Assembly: GCA_004764695.1 (NCBI GenBank)
Contig: SMSO01000031.1
Span: forward strand, 6,988,761-7,052,760
Reading direction: 5' to 3'
DNA: 64,000 bases
Origin: Schizochytrium sp. TIO01
Lineage: Eukaryota; Protista; Bigyra: Labyrinthulomycetes
A model generated the notes under the pieces. The model was not told the DNA's origin, searched no databases, and saw nothing but the letters and a program-made list of their open reading frames with translations. The first letter of the stretch is position 1, and every line of letters starts with the position of its first letter. The position numbers were made by a program, and so were the translations under genes. This document shows, piece after piece, positions 1 through 10,794 of this stretch.

Positions 1-1408
1 CTCTGCCGAGCGGAGACGTTCTAAGCGGAGAACCCAATCAATGCGCTGAGTAAGGGAGGAGTTCCACAGAGCCGAGAGGCGATGTCTTCATCGTCGGAAA
101 CACTCTCACGAACACCATTAGTATTCCCCATAAGCTGAGGGGACTCTTAGCAGGAGTACTACTAACTGAGCCCTACGGCGCCTGCCTAAGCAAGGGATTA
201 CTTGGCTGCCAAGCTCGAGGAGATTGAAGTTGATTGCCAAAGAGCCAGGCATGGCAGCGTGGCTGGTGCACAGGGCGGTCGGCAGACCAGGGTTGGGGGC
301 GCATATGTCGATCGATATGCGGGAATGTTGAAGCGCCTACGATGAGCGTGTGCTCGCAGACACCGGGTCGCAGCCAAATTGCAAGTTCTGTGGGCGCAGG
401 CGGGTTAAGCCTGATAAGGCGATTAGCTCACCCCTAGATTCGGGGCTCTCGGCCCGTGGGAATTTAGGACGGGACCAAGACAACCCCGAAATTGGGGCTG
501 TGGGAGCTGCTAGGGGAAAAGCAGGCGTACTAAAATGGGCGGTACTGTCGCGGCTCAGACGGTACCGTATTATATTTGGCGGTATGATTGATTGATTGAT
601 AGGTGGAGACTGCCTAAGAGGAAGCTGTCTCTTGAAGACAGTCAGTCTCCCAAACGGCATTCTGTGCGTGCAGAAGATCTTGCGCCAGGGAAAGACAAGT
701 CCGCGAAGGACTCGTGCATGGCAGGAAGAAGAAAGTCAATCATGGTTGGGATGGCCTCCGAACGAAAGCCCACCGGGAAGAAGTCTGGGATGACTGTATG
801 AACCTTAAGATTTCTAGCAAAATTGCGCTTTTCAGGGCAAACTGTAAAGGTACTTTAAGCACGTACGTGTGGCCAAAGCTGAGCGAGTGAACGATGACGG
901 TGGTGTTTGTTTAGGAACTCGTACACGCTGGAAACAAGTCACGACAGGAGCTAACGATGCCGAACACGGAGCTGGCCTGTCATAAGAACCTTTGGGGCGC
1001 CGTAGCCTTTAGAAGATGGTTTCGTTATGATGCAATCACTACGAACCTACATCAGCCATCATGAGGTACATAGGTTTGTACTGCGTGCAAATGATCTAAA
1101 GAGAAGTCTGCAAGTGGAGTATAGGGGTATAACCTACTTGTGGATTTATAAATCAGTTGTGGGATACTAAGTATCCTGCGGACAAGTGAAACAAACGAAT
1201 GATTGATTGACTGTATCATCCATCATCCGCCTCGTCCTTGCCGCGGTGATTGCAGATCGTCAACAACAGCGCGAAGGATACACGAGCCCCTAGCTGGTTG
1301 TTCGCTCCGTAGAGTTCGCCTCGTTTTTGCACCACGTTCTCTCGCGTGAAGCACTTTCTCCGGCGGCAGGTCCACAGAGACGGCGACGGAGACAGCCCAA
1401 AGGCCACC

Positions 1409-2401
1409 ATGACGGACTTCATGACCACCATGACGTACTGGAAGTGCGAGGACACTGGCCTCGTCAAGGCCCGTGACAACCAGGTATGGACCGAGAAGAA
1501 GCCCACCCAGTCCACCCGCATGAACGCACTCTGGAAGGAGGGCCGCGGCCTCTCACCGAGCCTCCCGGACGCCCAGTACTTTGAAATCACCATCTTGGAG
1601 GCGCCTGAGGGCAAGGCCAACCCGGTCTCTATTGGCCTCACGGATGAGGCTCACTTTGCTTCTGGCTGGAACTTCAAGGGCATGTCCTTCGCCGGCAACT
1701 TGAGCGACGGCAGCGGCCTCCTCGCACAGAACTTTGGCCCCGGCGTCAAGCAGGGCGACGTTGTTGGGTTGCGCATGGAGCTCGTTTTGCGCAAGAACAA
1801 GCGCTACGACCTCGAGGTCTACTACTCTGTGAACGGCGAGGGCCTCGGAAAGGCATTCTCTATCCAGGAGGTTGATATCGTCAACATTGGCGCTCTCTAC
1901 CCCGCCGTTGGCTTCAGCACTGGCCCAGCCAAGGTGGTTATTGAGCGCAAGTCTGCGCCTGAAGCCCAGACCCTTGAGCGCTCTGGAGCCGAAGACACTC
2001 GCGAGTCCGTGCAGGGAGGATGGTCCACGCCAGCATCAAGCCTTGTGGGCGAGGACTCCGATGAGCTTCCGCCCATCATCGTTAAGGTCGACTTGGAGGG
2101 TGACAACGCAACTGTCCAAGCTCGCGTTGCAAACTCCATCACCACTGGCGTCTCTGCGGAGAAGCCCCACAAGTCTTCTGGACAGGCCATGTCCACCAAG
2201 ATGATGCCTCCCCCCAAGGTTATGGCTCTCGAGGAGGCCGTCACCAGCATGCTCACCTCCATCGAGGATCTCGAGCTCGTTGACGGAACCCTCAAGATTT
2301 CTCACAGCAACGGTGAGAGCATCCAGCTTCAACCCTACGATGACCTTCACGAGCCCATTGTTATGGAGCAGATCCACTGGATGCAACGCACCGACCAGTA
2401 A
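1409..2401 (+). CDS. SPRY/B30.2 domain + C-terminal META (HslJ-like) domain protein
   Basis: ORF 1346..2401; first ATG at 1409 (gccaccATG). SPRY-like motifs YFEITILE..VSIGL, FGPGVKQGDVVGL, YSVNGEGLGKAF, LYPAVGF. The C-terminal QARVANSI...STKMMPPPKVMALEEAVTSML...LVDGTLKI resembles META/HslJ. Strong C-ending codon bias. Confidence 0.8.
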   Translation: MTDFMTTMTYWKCEDTGLVKARDNQVWTEKKPTQSTRMNALWKEGRGLSPSLPDAQYFEITILEAPEGKANPVSIGLTDEAHFASGWNFKGMSFAGNLSDGSGLLAQNFGPGVKQGDVVGLRMELVLRKNKRYDLEVYYSVNGEGLGKAFSIQEVDIVNIGALYPAVGFSTGPAKVVIERKSAPEAQTLERSGAEDTRESVQGGWSTPASSLVGEDSDELPPIIVKVDLEGDNATVQARVANSITTGVSAEKPHKSSGQAMSTKMMPPPKVMALEEAVTSMLTSIEDLELVDGTLKISHSNGESIQLQPYDDLHEPIVMEQIHWMQRTDQ

Positions 2402-3452
2402 GTAAAATCAACCCCAAGCAGCTTACATGAGCGCCTGAATGTGATCATGTATGCATGCCTCAACGCAAGAACAGATGATAAACGCACCACCACAAAAGCG
2501 TTATCTGCTTAGATACTCTTCTCATTGTGGGTTCATCCACCTACCCACGAAGATCTTCGACGACCCATTTTCCACATTCTTCTTCTTCTTTCCTTTTTTT
2601 CTTTCTTTACTTCTTTTTTTTTCATCGAGCCTGGGTGCCTGGCTCCACGTTTGAGCACCCATGAGTGTCATTGAAGCTTCTTTTTTATTAGTACCTGCCC
2701 AAGCGGTTCTTAAATATCCTCCATTCAGTGACTATCTTTTGACATGTATGCGTGATGATGATGACCTGATTTCTTTGACTTTTCTTTCTAATAAACCATT
2801 CATTTATTGGCGGATCTCTATCGAAATCCACGTGCGACGCGTACCTTGGCCATAGTGACTAGGTAGCCCCTAAGAGGAAAGGGCTTGCTTTTTGGTTATC
2901 AGAACTCGTGAACAAAACAAAGTACTTCTCGCATTGCTGCTGCGTGATATGAATTGAAGCTACCCGAAGAGGATTTCCAGTAGAGATATAAGTAGAAGAT
3001 AACGCAAACGTAGAAATAGTAATTTGAGCGTATATTCTCATTTTCATTTTTGCAATATTCAAATCGAAATGTAAAATTAGCTTATGCTTGTTGTTATATA
3101 TACAATAATTAATCCATGTCCACCATTCATGAAAGATCTACCAGGGTATGCAAGATATTATTGTGCATTTTCTTCATCTCTTTCACGTGTCATGTGTCAT
3201 CTTTGTGACTATAACAATAAAAAATCTGAAACAAAGTATTCTATGGATGAGTCAACAAGCACGTTTAAGTACCATACACAGATGTGCAATAAAAGGTTTA
3301 GCTTTTTGGAATTAATAAATGAGTAAAATTTGAGATATCTAAACACAGAGTACCATGAATTTTGTTTGTATAACGTAACTTTAGGTGGGAGCGTGTCCCC
3401 TGAAGGTTTGTTTACCTAAACAAACAATAACAAAAGATTGTTCAATTCTGCA

Positions 3453-6400
3453 TTACAAAGGTCCAGTCTTAGACCTCTTCAAGGTCTCCTCGACACCTTC
3501 CATGGCTTGGTCAAGTGGCCGCTTGCGAGAAGCCAGAGGATATGCTCCTCCAGTGCTTGCAGCGCCAGACATGGGTTCCGCAGCAGGTGAATTGGCAACA
3601 AACGGTGACGGCGCGTACGGAGACGGCGATGGGGACACAAAAGGTGACGGCGAAGGGGAAGGTGACGGTCCAATTTGGTTATCCTGCGACCCAATGAGCG
3701 GAGGCAAACCGCACTGCGTTCGCATGGTAGGCATGCGTCGAAAGATCTTTTCATACTGCCTTCGAGCCCGCTCGAAAGTGGGTGAGCAATATCTTTCATA
3801 GATAATATCTTTGAGTTCAGGCGAGGCCATGATCGTTGTGGGTTCCATGTCGTTAGCGCTGCCAGAAAGGCTTATGAGTGCAGCACGCGCGAACTTTAGA
3901 ACCTCACTTTGAGAAAGAGTGTGCAAAGCATACTCGAGAGAGAGCAATCGAGTCAAGTGTACATGAGCCCACGCAGTCTTGGTCGGGTCAGTGTCACGCG
4001 GCGCCACTCGAAGTACCTCTGGCAGGAAAAGTGACTCAATGGCATACGTGAGAGATGAAGCAGGCAAAGGTGCTTGCTGGCCCGTACCTGAAACGTGATG
4101 AGTTACTACTCGCGCATTAGGCCCAGGACGACTTGCAAATGATTGGTAAGCTGGACCGGACGTTGTGTTTTGACGTTGTGATTGGATGAAAAAGCTTGTC
4201 ACCAGAGAATGCAAAAACGCGGGGTGCTCAGCCACAATAGCTCCTTGTTTTTTGATGAGATCTTGAATCAAAGGCAAGACAGCAACGTCGCGGTGACAAA
4301 TCCGCTGGCAGTAGAAATGAAGGACAGCATTGCGGGTAAACCAATCTGTCTTCAAAGAATCTGATATGCATGGATCAATTAAATCCTTTAATCGATGGGC
4401 ATCAATTGAACTTGAATCGCCACCGCCTGCAGGGGAGGCCTTGAGTCTAAACTCTACAGCTTCAGACATAATCAAGGCAAGTGCAGGCAAAGTACGGCGT
4501 TCTGCATCTGGTTTAAGAGGTTCAACAGTAAGCTCGTGCTGGCTTGCTTCCCGCACGAGCTGGTGCGCCCGTGACCCCACTTGCAAAAGCCATGCAATGT
4601 TCTTTGTCATGTCAGAATCGCGAGGAAGCTGTTCACGCCGAACTACATCCTCACCAATCAAGAACCAAAGGATGTTGGTGAGAGCATTGACAGTGAACCC
4701 ACTTGCCAAGATCATCGCTGCATCACTAATGGTGCGGCGATTTCGACCCGAGCTTTCAATAAAAGCAAATTTTGCTTGAAGTTCCTGTTTTATCTTTTCA
4801 CGGCGCTCATCTTCCTCTCTAGCACGTTTGCGTTCTATTTCCTCCGCAGACATACTCTTACCATTGGCAGCCGCTGCAGCAGCAACCGCAGCTTCTTCCT
4901 TTGCCTTTTCTTTACGGGCTTCCTCTTCTTCCTTAGCTTTGCGCTCCTCCTCTTTGCGTTGAGCTTCTTCAATTGCACGTTGGTGCAAAGTTGCATTTTG
5001 CAGTTTCTGGGCGGCTGCGTTTAAGTAACGTTCAGACTTATTTTTCATGATACTCCGAGCACTTTTGGCAATTTTGTGATTCATACCATTGAAAGCAATT
5101 GCGTTATCTGCAATGAGGTGCAGGTCAGCACGCATTTCATCGACGGAGTCGTACTCGCGCTGATGGATTTTGTCTTCAATAGTTTGCAAATCCATTGGTT
5201 TTTTTATCACAGCCTCGTACGCACGTTTTAATTGCGGATAGGTGACAACTACGGGGTGATGAAATGAGCGATCACGGTCCAAGTTGCGGATTTTCTTCCA
5301 AGCCTCATGAAGTACGGTAGTAAGATCAACAATTTTTTCTGGTGCCCGTGGTTGGTTGGGGTTAACGCCTCCTCCTCCTGCCTTGGTGTTGATAGGTCCA
5401 TTTGCAAATACTTGGTTTGCCGAGGAATAAATGTCTGAAGTTGATGCAAAGGCCGATGCAAGTCCGGGTTTGTGTTTGCCGTTGAGGATCTTTGTTAGCT
5501 CGTTAACCACAGTACGCTGCAGCGTCGCAACATTTATATCGAGTGATGCGCGAGCAACATGAATGCAGATTTTCTTAACATAGGCATCGAGGTGCCATGC
5601 AAAGTCATGACAAGGTTCTGTTGCCAAAACAGTTTGCTGGGCATTGATGTCGTGTAGACCCATGAGCAGATCCGCTCGAAGAGCACAAAGGCGGAGATTT
5701 CCCGATTCTGCGAAGAGCTCCCTCACCCGGTCAGTAATAAACCTGTATAGTTTTGCCGACGACCCAATAGATCGAATGAGCTCTTGCAGCGGAGTGCTTT
5801 TTTGGCGTCGTTTGTGTGGCTGAGGGAAATTCACATCAGGAAACATTTCATCACACCATGTAGTAGCAGCCGAGTCGTGCACGAACCTGTCAATGATGGG
5901 TTCCACGTGTGCCATATACGTTTGAGGGTACTCCTCCCAAAGGACCTGACGTGTATGCTGAGGTAGTTTCTCGAGTGCCGCAGAATCCAACTGACTTAGT
6001 TGCTCCAAAACCGCTGCAGAAGGCTCTGTCGTAGCTGCCAAAATTTTGAGCGGAATCTCCTCCAATGTCGGATGTGCCAAAAGCGGAAGTGTCTCTTCCA
6101 GCAGGGCTCGGAGTTGGGCTGGAGTTGCAGATTTTACTTGCGTAAGGAGCTTTGCCTTGAGATTTTGAAAAAGACCTCGCATGAGCTCATTTCTGCGCAT
6201 TCCAAGTACCTCTAGAAGCCAAAACACAGGCTCGCAACCTACAAGCGCGCTCCCATGTTCTCGCTGGAGACTATCAATAAAGGCGAGCGGGTCCTTGGAA
6301 ATCGAGAGTCCACGTCTAACAAAATCTTGTGAAAGCAAAAGGCCCCTTTCTGCGTCGTTCTCAAGGTCTTCAAGACTGTTGTTGTCGTCGTTGTCCTCGT

Positions 6401-6479
6401 CGCCATGACCGCCATCCTCGTGATCTTGGAGACCCTCTGCGTTGCAGGTCGCCTCGGACATGTCTACGTCCTCGCCCAT
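3453..6479 (-). CDS. NELFB: Negative elongation factor B (COBRA1) homologue with an internal bromodomain
   Basis: ATG at 6479 (MGEDVDMS). NELF-B-like blocks KDPLAFIDSLQREHG, RQVLWEE, CALRADLLMGLHD, EPCHDFAWHLDAYV, SDAAMILASGFTVNAL, EQLPRDSD. Bromodomain SFHHPV..YEAVIKKPMDLQTI..EY..DLHLIADNAIAFNG at ~5045-5325. Confidence 0.85.
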   Translation of the reverse strand: MGEDVDMSEATCNAEGLQDHEDGGHGDEDNDDNNSLEDLENDAERGLLLSQDFVRRGLSISKDPLAFIDSLQREHGSALVGCEPVFWLLEVLGMRRNELMRGLFQNLKAKLLTQVKSATPAQLRALLEETLPLLAHPTLEEIPLKILAATTEPSAAVLEQLSQLDSAALEKLPQHTRQVLWEEYPQTYMAHVEPIIDRFVHDSAATTWCDEMFPDVNFPQPHKRRQKSTPLQELIRSIGSSAKLYRFITDRVRELFAESGNLRLCALRADLLMGLHDINAQQTVLATEPCHDFAWHLDAYVKKICIHVARASLDINVATLQRTVVNELTKILNGKHKPGLASAFASTSDIYSSANQVFANGPINTKAGGGGVNPNQPRAPEKIVDLTTVLHEAWKKIRNLDRDRSFHHPVVVTYPQLKRAYEAVIKKPMDLQTIEDKIHQREYDSVDEMRADLHLIADNAIAFNGMNHKIAKSARSIMKNKSERYLNAAAQKLQNATLHQRAIEEAQRKEEERKAKEEEEARKEKAKEEAAVAAAAAANGKSMSAEEIERKRAREEDERREKIKQELQAKFAFIESSGRNRRTISDAAMILASGFTVNALTNILWFLIGEDVVRREQLPRDSDMTKNIAWLLQVGSRAHQLVREASQHELTVEPLKPDAERRTLPALALIMSEAVEFRLKASPAGGGDSSSIDAHRLKDLIDPCISDSLKTDWFTRNAVLHFYCQRICHRDVAVLPLIQDLIKKQGAIVAEHPAFLHSLVTSFFIQSQRQNTTSGPAYQSFASRPGPNARVVTHHVSGTGQQAPLPASSLTYAIESLFLPEVLRVAPRDTDPTKTAWAHVHLTRLLSLEYALHTLSQSEVLKFARAALISLSGSANDMEPTTIMASPELKDIIYERYCSPTFERARRQYEKIFRRMPTMRTQCGLPPLIGSQDNQIGPSPSPSPSPFVSPSPSPYAPSPFVANSPAAEPMSGAASTGGAYPLASRKRPLDQAMEGVEETLKRSKTGPL

Positions 6480-8397
6480 AGCGGGGGCGGGGCGGACGCA
6501 AAGAAGAACTAACCCAGCAGCGGCCGCGCAAAAGGGTGCCAAGGACAGTAATGATAAGCCAAGTCGCAGCTATGAGGTTTCGATCTAATCTGATGATCCA
6601 TCAACAAAGATAAAAGAACAAGACTGACCAAACCGATTGATAACAGTAGGAGTACTCTAGAGAAGTATGCAAAAAATTGCGTTAAGTATCAAACTAGGCA
6701 TAGTAGTAGTAATAGAAGTTGTTGTAATAGGTAATGAACGAATTAAAGGATGGGAAATTAACAACATGTGAAGGAACTGGGAGAATCTCTTATTCAATGA
6801 ACTATTGTCCACCATGAAAATTTGGGTCATGCCGCTGTTTGGTTAAAAACAGAATATAGGAAAGAAGCAGGCACTCACCCTGTGCAAGTTAGATCTATAC
6901 AAGCATTTGAATTGCGAAATCAATCGCGCTTGAGATTTATTATAACCAGAATGTAAGGGAAAATGGAAAACGTATTGAAGAGATTCGCGGTATTCTATAG
7001 GGCAATAATCTTCTACAGGATATTAAATATAGCGATTTAGATTGGAATGTTTCTATTAAGGTCACACGTGTATCTCTGAAAATCAAATTAGGTTTAAGAA
7101 AATGTTGGCAGAGAAACACTTTGTTTGGACACGATTTCTTAATTGGTGATGCACACGGACGCGATAAAATATTACCGAATTGACTATTTTATACCTGATT
7201 TGAAACCATTACGGTTCTATTTTGAATGCAACGTGTAAGAGCGCCAGATATCCTACTGCGTAGGCGTACTTAGGATAGAAACCACTACGTTCATATTTAT
7301 TTTAGAGGTCTCATTGATACAAACTGGTTGCTTTGTAGTATTATAACTCAAGCTAAAATTGCATTTTTGCTTAATTACCTACTATGAAAGTACTTTCCTC
7401 GTCTTCAATATCTTCTTGTGGGCGAGAAACTTTTATATCCTCAGATTTCAGAATAATTACCAAAAGCTCTTGCTTAAGAAGCGATTATCCTAAGGGATGC
7501 ACACTCACTAAATGAAATGCCGAAAATACAAGAAAGTATGCTTGGTGTAATACTTTGCTTGTAGAATTGGATATGTTGAAAATCAATATGCTTTACATCA
7601 GAAATTTTACTTCGAACCCCGTGGGTATAGATGGCACTGCACTATACCGTGTTTGAGAGATTAAAGAATAAATATAATTATTCATAACATATATACCTAG
7701 TGTTTTGCAGCCTATGGTTCATCACGAAGAAATATATAATTGCACAGAACATGAGAGTAAACAAAGTAATGTAAATTTATCAGTAATTTAGATTGAGTAA
7801 ACATTTGATTATGTTAGTAGAGGTCTACAAACATCGTCATTCAGATGGTATGGCAACTGTGCAAGTAGTAAAAGGTTCACTGCTACCATACCTGTAAGCA
7901 CTTAAAGAAGTGCAACAGATAAATGTATCCAGGTGCCTTTTGCGGTGGGCCAAAGTTTGCAAAGCATACTGTCTCGTATTTTTTAATACCCTAGCAAGAT
8001 ATAGGTGTAGGGTTGACAGGCCAAGGATAGTAAAATGGATTGCTGAAATAGACACAGGAAAAGTTGGTATTATTTGTAGAATTGAGGCGGATGAAATTGT
8101 GAAAAGTATGTGAAGAAAAGGTACGGAGTAGAAAACGAGAAAAGAAAACGAGGCTAAGATGCTAGCTGCAACAGGTATTCCAGGATGATCAGGTAACAAC
8201 AAGCCAATGGCACAGCGGCATGCAAACACTTATTAACGAGCATGTTATGCGCGCGAGAAAAATAGAATTGACGCGAAGTGGGGAACAAAACGAGAGCGTC
8301 TTCAGTATGAGGGCTCCCACAAGGTGATACATCTCGGGTGTGGGAGCAGGTATTTTTATGTTGACGTGAAAAGAGGAGGAGATGAACAGAGGCTCAA

Positions 8398-10104
8398 TTA
8401 GAGCTCAACCTGCTCAGGGCGGTGCTGCTCGTAGACACCAATCTGAGTCATGAGGTCATGGAAGTACTCTGAGTTCTGGAAGCGAGCAAAGGTATCCTTG
8501 TTCATGAGACTGAATACCTCACGTTTGGCATCCGAGAACATCTTAAAGTCGAACTTTCCAGCGTCAACCTTGGCCTTGATGGCAGCGACAATAGGAGCTG
8601 GCAAGTTAACCTGGTTAGGCGCATCCTCGGCAATGTAGTTGTTGTAAATTTCCATAGCCTGCTCACGAAGCATGGCCTGCTTCTTGTCAGTGATGACACT
8701 AGCCTCGACGTGAAGAGCACCAAGCACAGACTTGCGCACACGGCGTCTGGAGATGTTCTCAAGTTTTTCTACAGCGGCCCAGAAATCGACGTTCTCAGTG
8801 GCAAACTCCTTGGCAATGTGTTTCTGGAAAGCCTCTCGGCCAAGGTGGTGACGAAGGACGTCCTCCAAGGTGGCACGGGATCCAAGAACACGGAGAGAAA
8901 TTTCCGCCAACACAGCGGGTTCGCCGACAAAGAGTGCACGGAAGTCCTCCTGGGAGCATTCAAGCATGTAAGCGTCCTCCTCGTCAGAGACCTTGACAGT
9001 GGCCGAGTGAGGGGAGTCAGATACAAGACTGATCTCACCAAAGTAGCCGCCAGGTCCAAGTCTGCGGACGTGGTTGCCGCCAACAAAGACATCCACTGAT
9101 CCACGCGTAATAATGAAAAACTTGCGTGGGGTAGTGCCGCCCTCCTCGAGGATAATAGATCCGTGCGGGTGTCTGTTCATGGCGCAGACCTCAGCAAGTA
9201 AGTGCTGCTTGCGCTTGGACAACGACTTGAACACAGGGATCTTCTCAGAGACAACGTTGACGGTGGCACGCTCATTAACGCTGCGTTCGAGACGCTCACC
9301 GAGCGTGGGGAGAGACTTGATGAAGTAGCCAAACTCTTCGCGGCCCAACGAGAAGAGCACACATTCCTCAAGAGTGGTGATGGTGGCGTTACGAGGCTGA
9401 TCCTTGAGCAGCGAAAGCTCTCCAAAGGTGTCACCAGGCTTGAGACGAGTGAGCTCCACGTACAGTCCAAGTTCATCCTGGGTGGTGACCACAAGAGATC
9501 CACGCGAAAGAATGTAGAAGCGGTCACCGACCTCACCTTCATGGATGATGGTGGTACCCTTAGGGAGGACCTCGCACTTGAAGAGACGACCGATGAGGTT
9601 AAGCTGCTTCTCGTTGACGTCACTGAGGAAATCAATCTCGCGGAGACCACTTGCGACGATGGAGCTCGCTGTAGCGTTAACCCAGCGCTGAAGATTCTTC
9701 AGGCAAGCATCGTTCTTATACTTGTCATAGACGCTGCGCGGAAGCACAAGCAGGACCACATCGGAGATGGCGTCCACAGAAACAGAGCGAGGGGTATCGT
9801 AGATCAGTCCAAACTCGCCGAAGGCCTCGTTGGCGGACATCATGCGAATCTTCTTCTTAGATCCATCTTCTCCCTCAGCGATGAAGTTGACGGCGCCCTT
9901 GGCAATGAGGAAGAGCTCGTCGGCCTTATCTCCCTGTGTGATGATGCGGTCTCCCTGGTTGTAGCGGCGCACCGTGAATTTCTTCGCGGCCTGGGCGACG
10001 TGTGCCGGGGAGAGGTTTCTGAAGAAGGTGTTTTCGGCGAGGAAGTCCTTGACCGAGAGGTCCTCGTCAATCATTTCATCGGGCTTGGAGCCTGAGCAAC
10101 CCAT
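8398..10104 (-). CDS. N-acylated protein with three cyclic-nucleotide-binding domains and a C-terminal RGS domain
   Basis: 568-aa ORF starting MGCSGSK. Phosphate-binding cassettes FGEFGLIYDTPRSVSV, FGELSLLKDQPRNATI, FGEISLVSDSPHSATV. RGS motifs EFATENVDFW, IYNNYIAEDAPNQVNL, LMNKDTFARF. Confidence 0.92.
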   Translation of the reverse strand: MGCSGSKPDEMIDEDLSVKDFLAENTFFRNLSPAHVAQAAKKFTVRRYNQGDRIITQGDKADELFLIAKGAVNFIAEGEDGSKKKIRMMSANEAFGEFGLIYDTPRSVSVDAISDVVLLVLPRSVYDKYKNDACLKNLQRWVNATASSIVASGLREIDFLSDVNEKQLNLIGRLFKCEVLPKGTTIIHEGEVGDRFYILSRGSLVVTTQDELGLYVELTRLKPGDTFGELSLLKDQPRNATITTLEECVLFSLGREEFGYFIKSLPTLGERLERSVNERATVNVVSEKIPVFKSLSKRKQHLLAEVCAMNRHPHGSIILEEGGTTPRKFFIITRGSVDVFVGGNHVRRLGPGGYFGEISLVSDSPHSATVKVSDEEDAYMLECSQEDFRALFVGEPAVLAEISLRVLGSRATLEDVLRHHLGREAFQKHIAKEFATENVDFWAAVEKLENISRRRVRKSVLGALHVEASVITDKKQAMLREQAMEIYNNYIAEDAPNQVNLPAPIVAAIKAKVDAGKFDFKMFSDAKREVFSLMNKDTFARFQNSEYFHDLMTQIGVYEQHRPEQVEL

Positions 10105-10604
10105 GATTGCTGTGCAAAATCAATGAATACGCCAACCTGAAGATGCTCAAGAAGGTGGTGGTGCCCGCGGTGAGCAGCTCCGGCCCGTTCTGCGCCAGCC
10201 TCGACCTTTCGACTGCCTTCCCAGCAATCGGGACCTGTTCTGCTTTTGCCTCAAGCTGCCTCGCAAATGCCCTTGCACGCGCTGGCAGACAAACAACAAC
10301 ACACAAAAAGCTACAAAGAAACAAAGAAAAGTAAGAGTGAAAGAAAAGAAAGACTAATCAATCGAAAGAACGGAGCTCTCTTCCTGCTTCTTTCTCGCTC
10401 GCTCGCTCGCTCGTAAGCTAACGAGCCAGCAACAGCAGAAGCAGCAGCAGCCTACCCGCTGCTTGCTTGGGGCTTTGGCGACACCGCGGATCCGTGCGGC
10501 AGAGCGAGGCGACTCGGTACCTCCGAGACCCAAGGGGACGTCGAGGTCGGCGCGGGAGAGGGAGCGAAAGGGTTTGCTGCCTTCTCCCTTTCCTTCCTTC
10601 CTTC

Positions 10605-10794
<190 letters not shown>

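Noticed and set aside
1-830. GC-rich block with several short overlapping ORFs
   Set aside because: No recognisable domain in any frame, and it may be truncated by the window edge; could be a TE remnant but is not supportable.
9202-10095. 297-aa plus-strand ORF
   Set aside because: Antisense shadow of the codon-biased cNMP-RGS gene.
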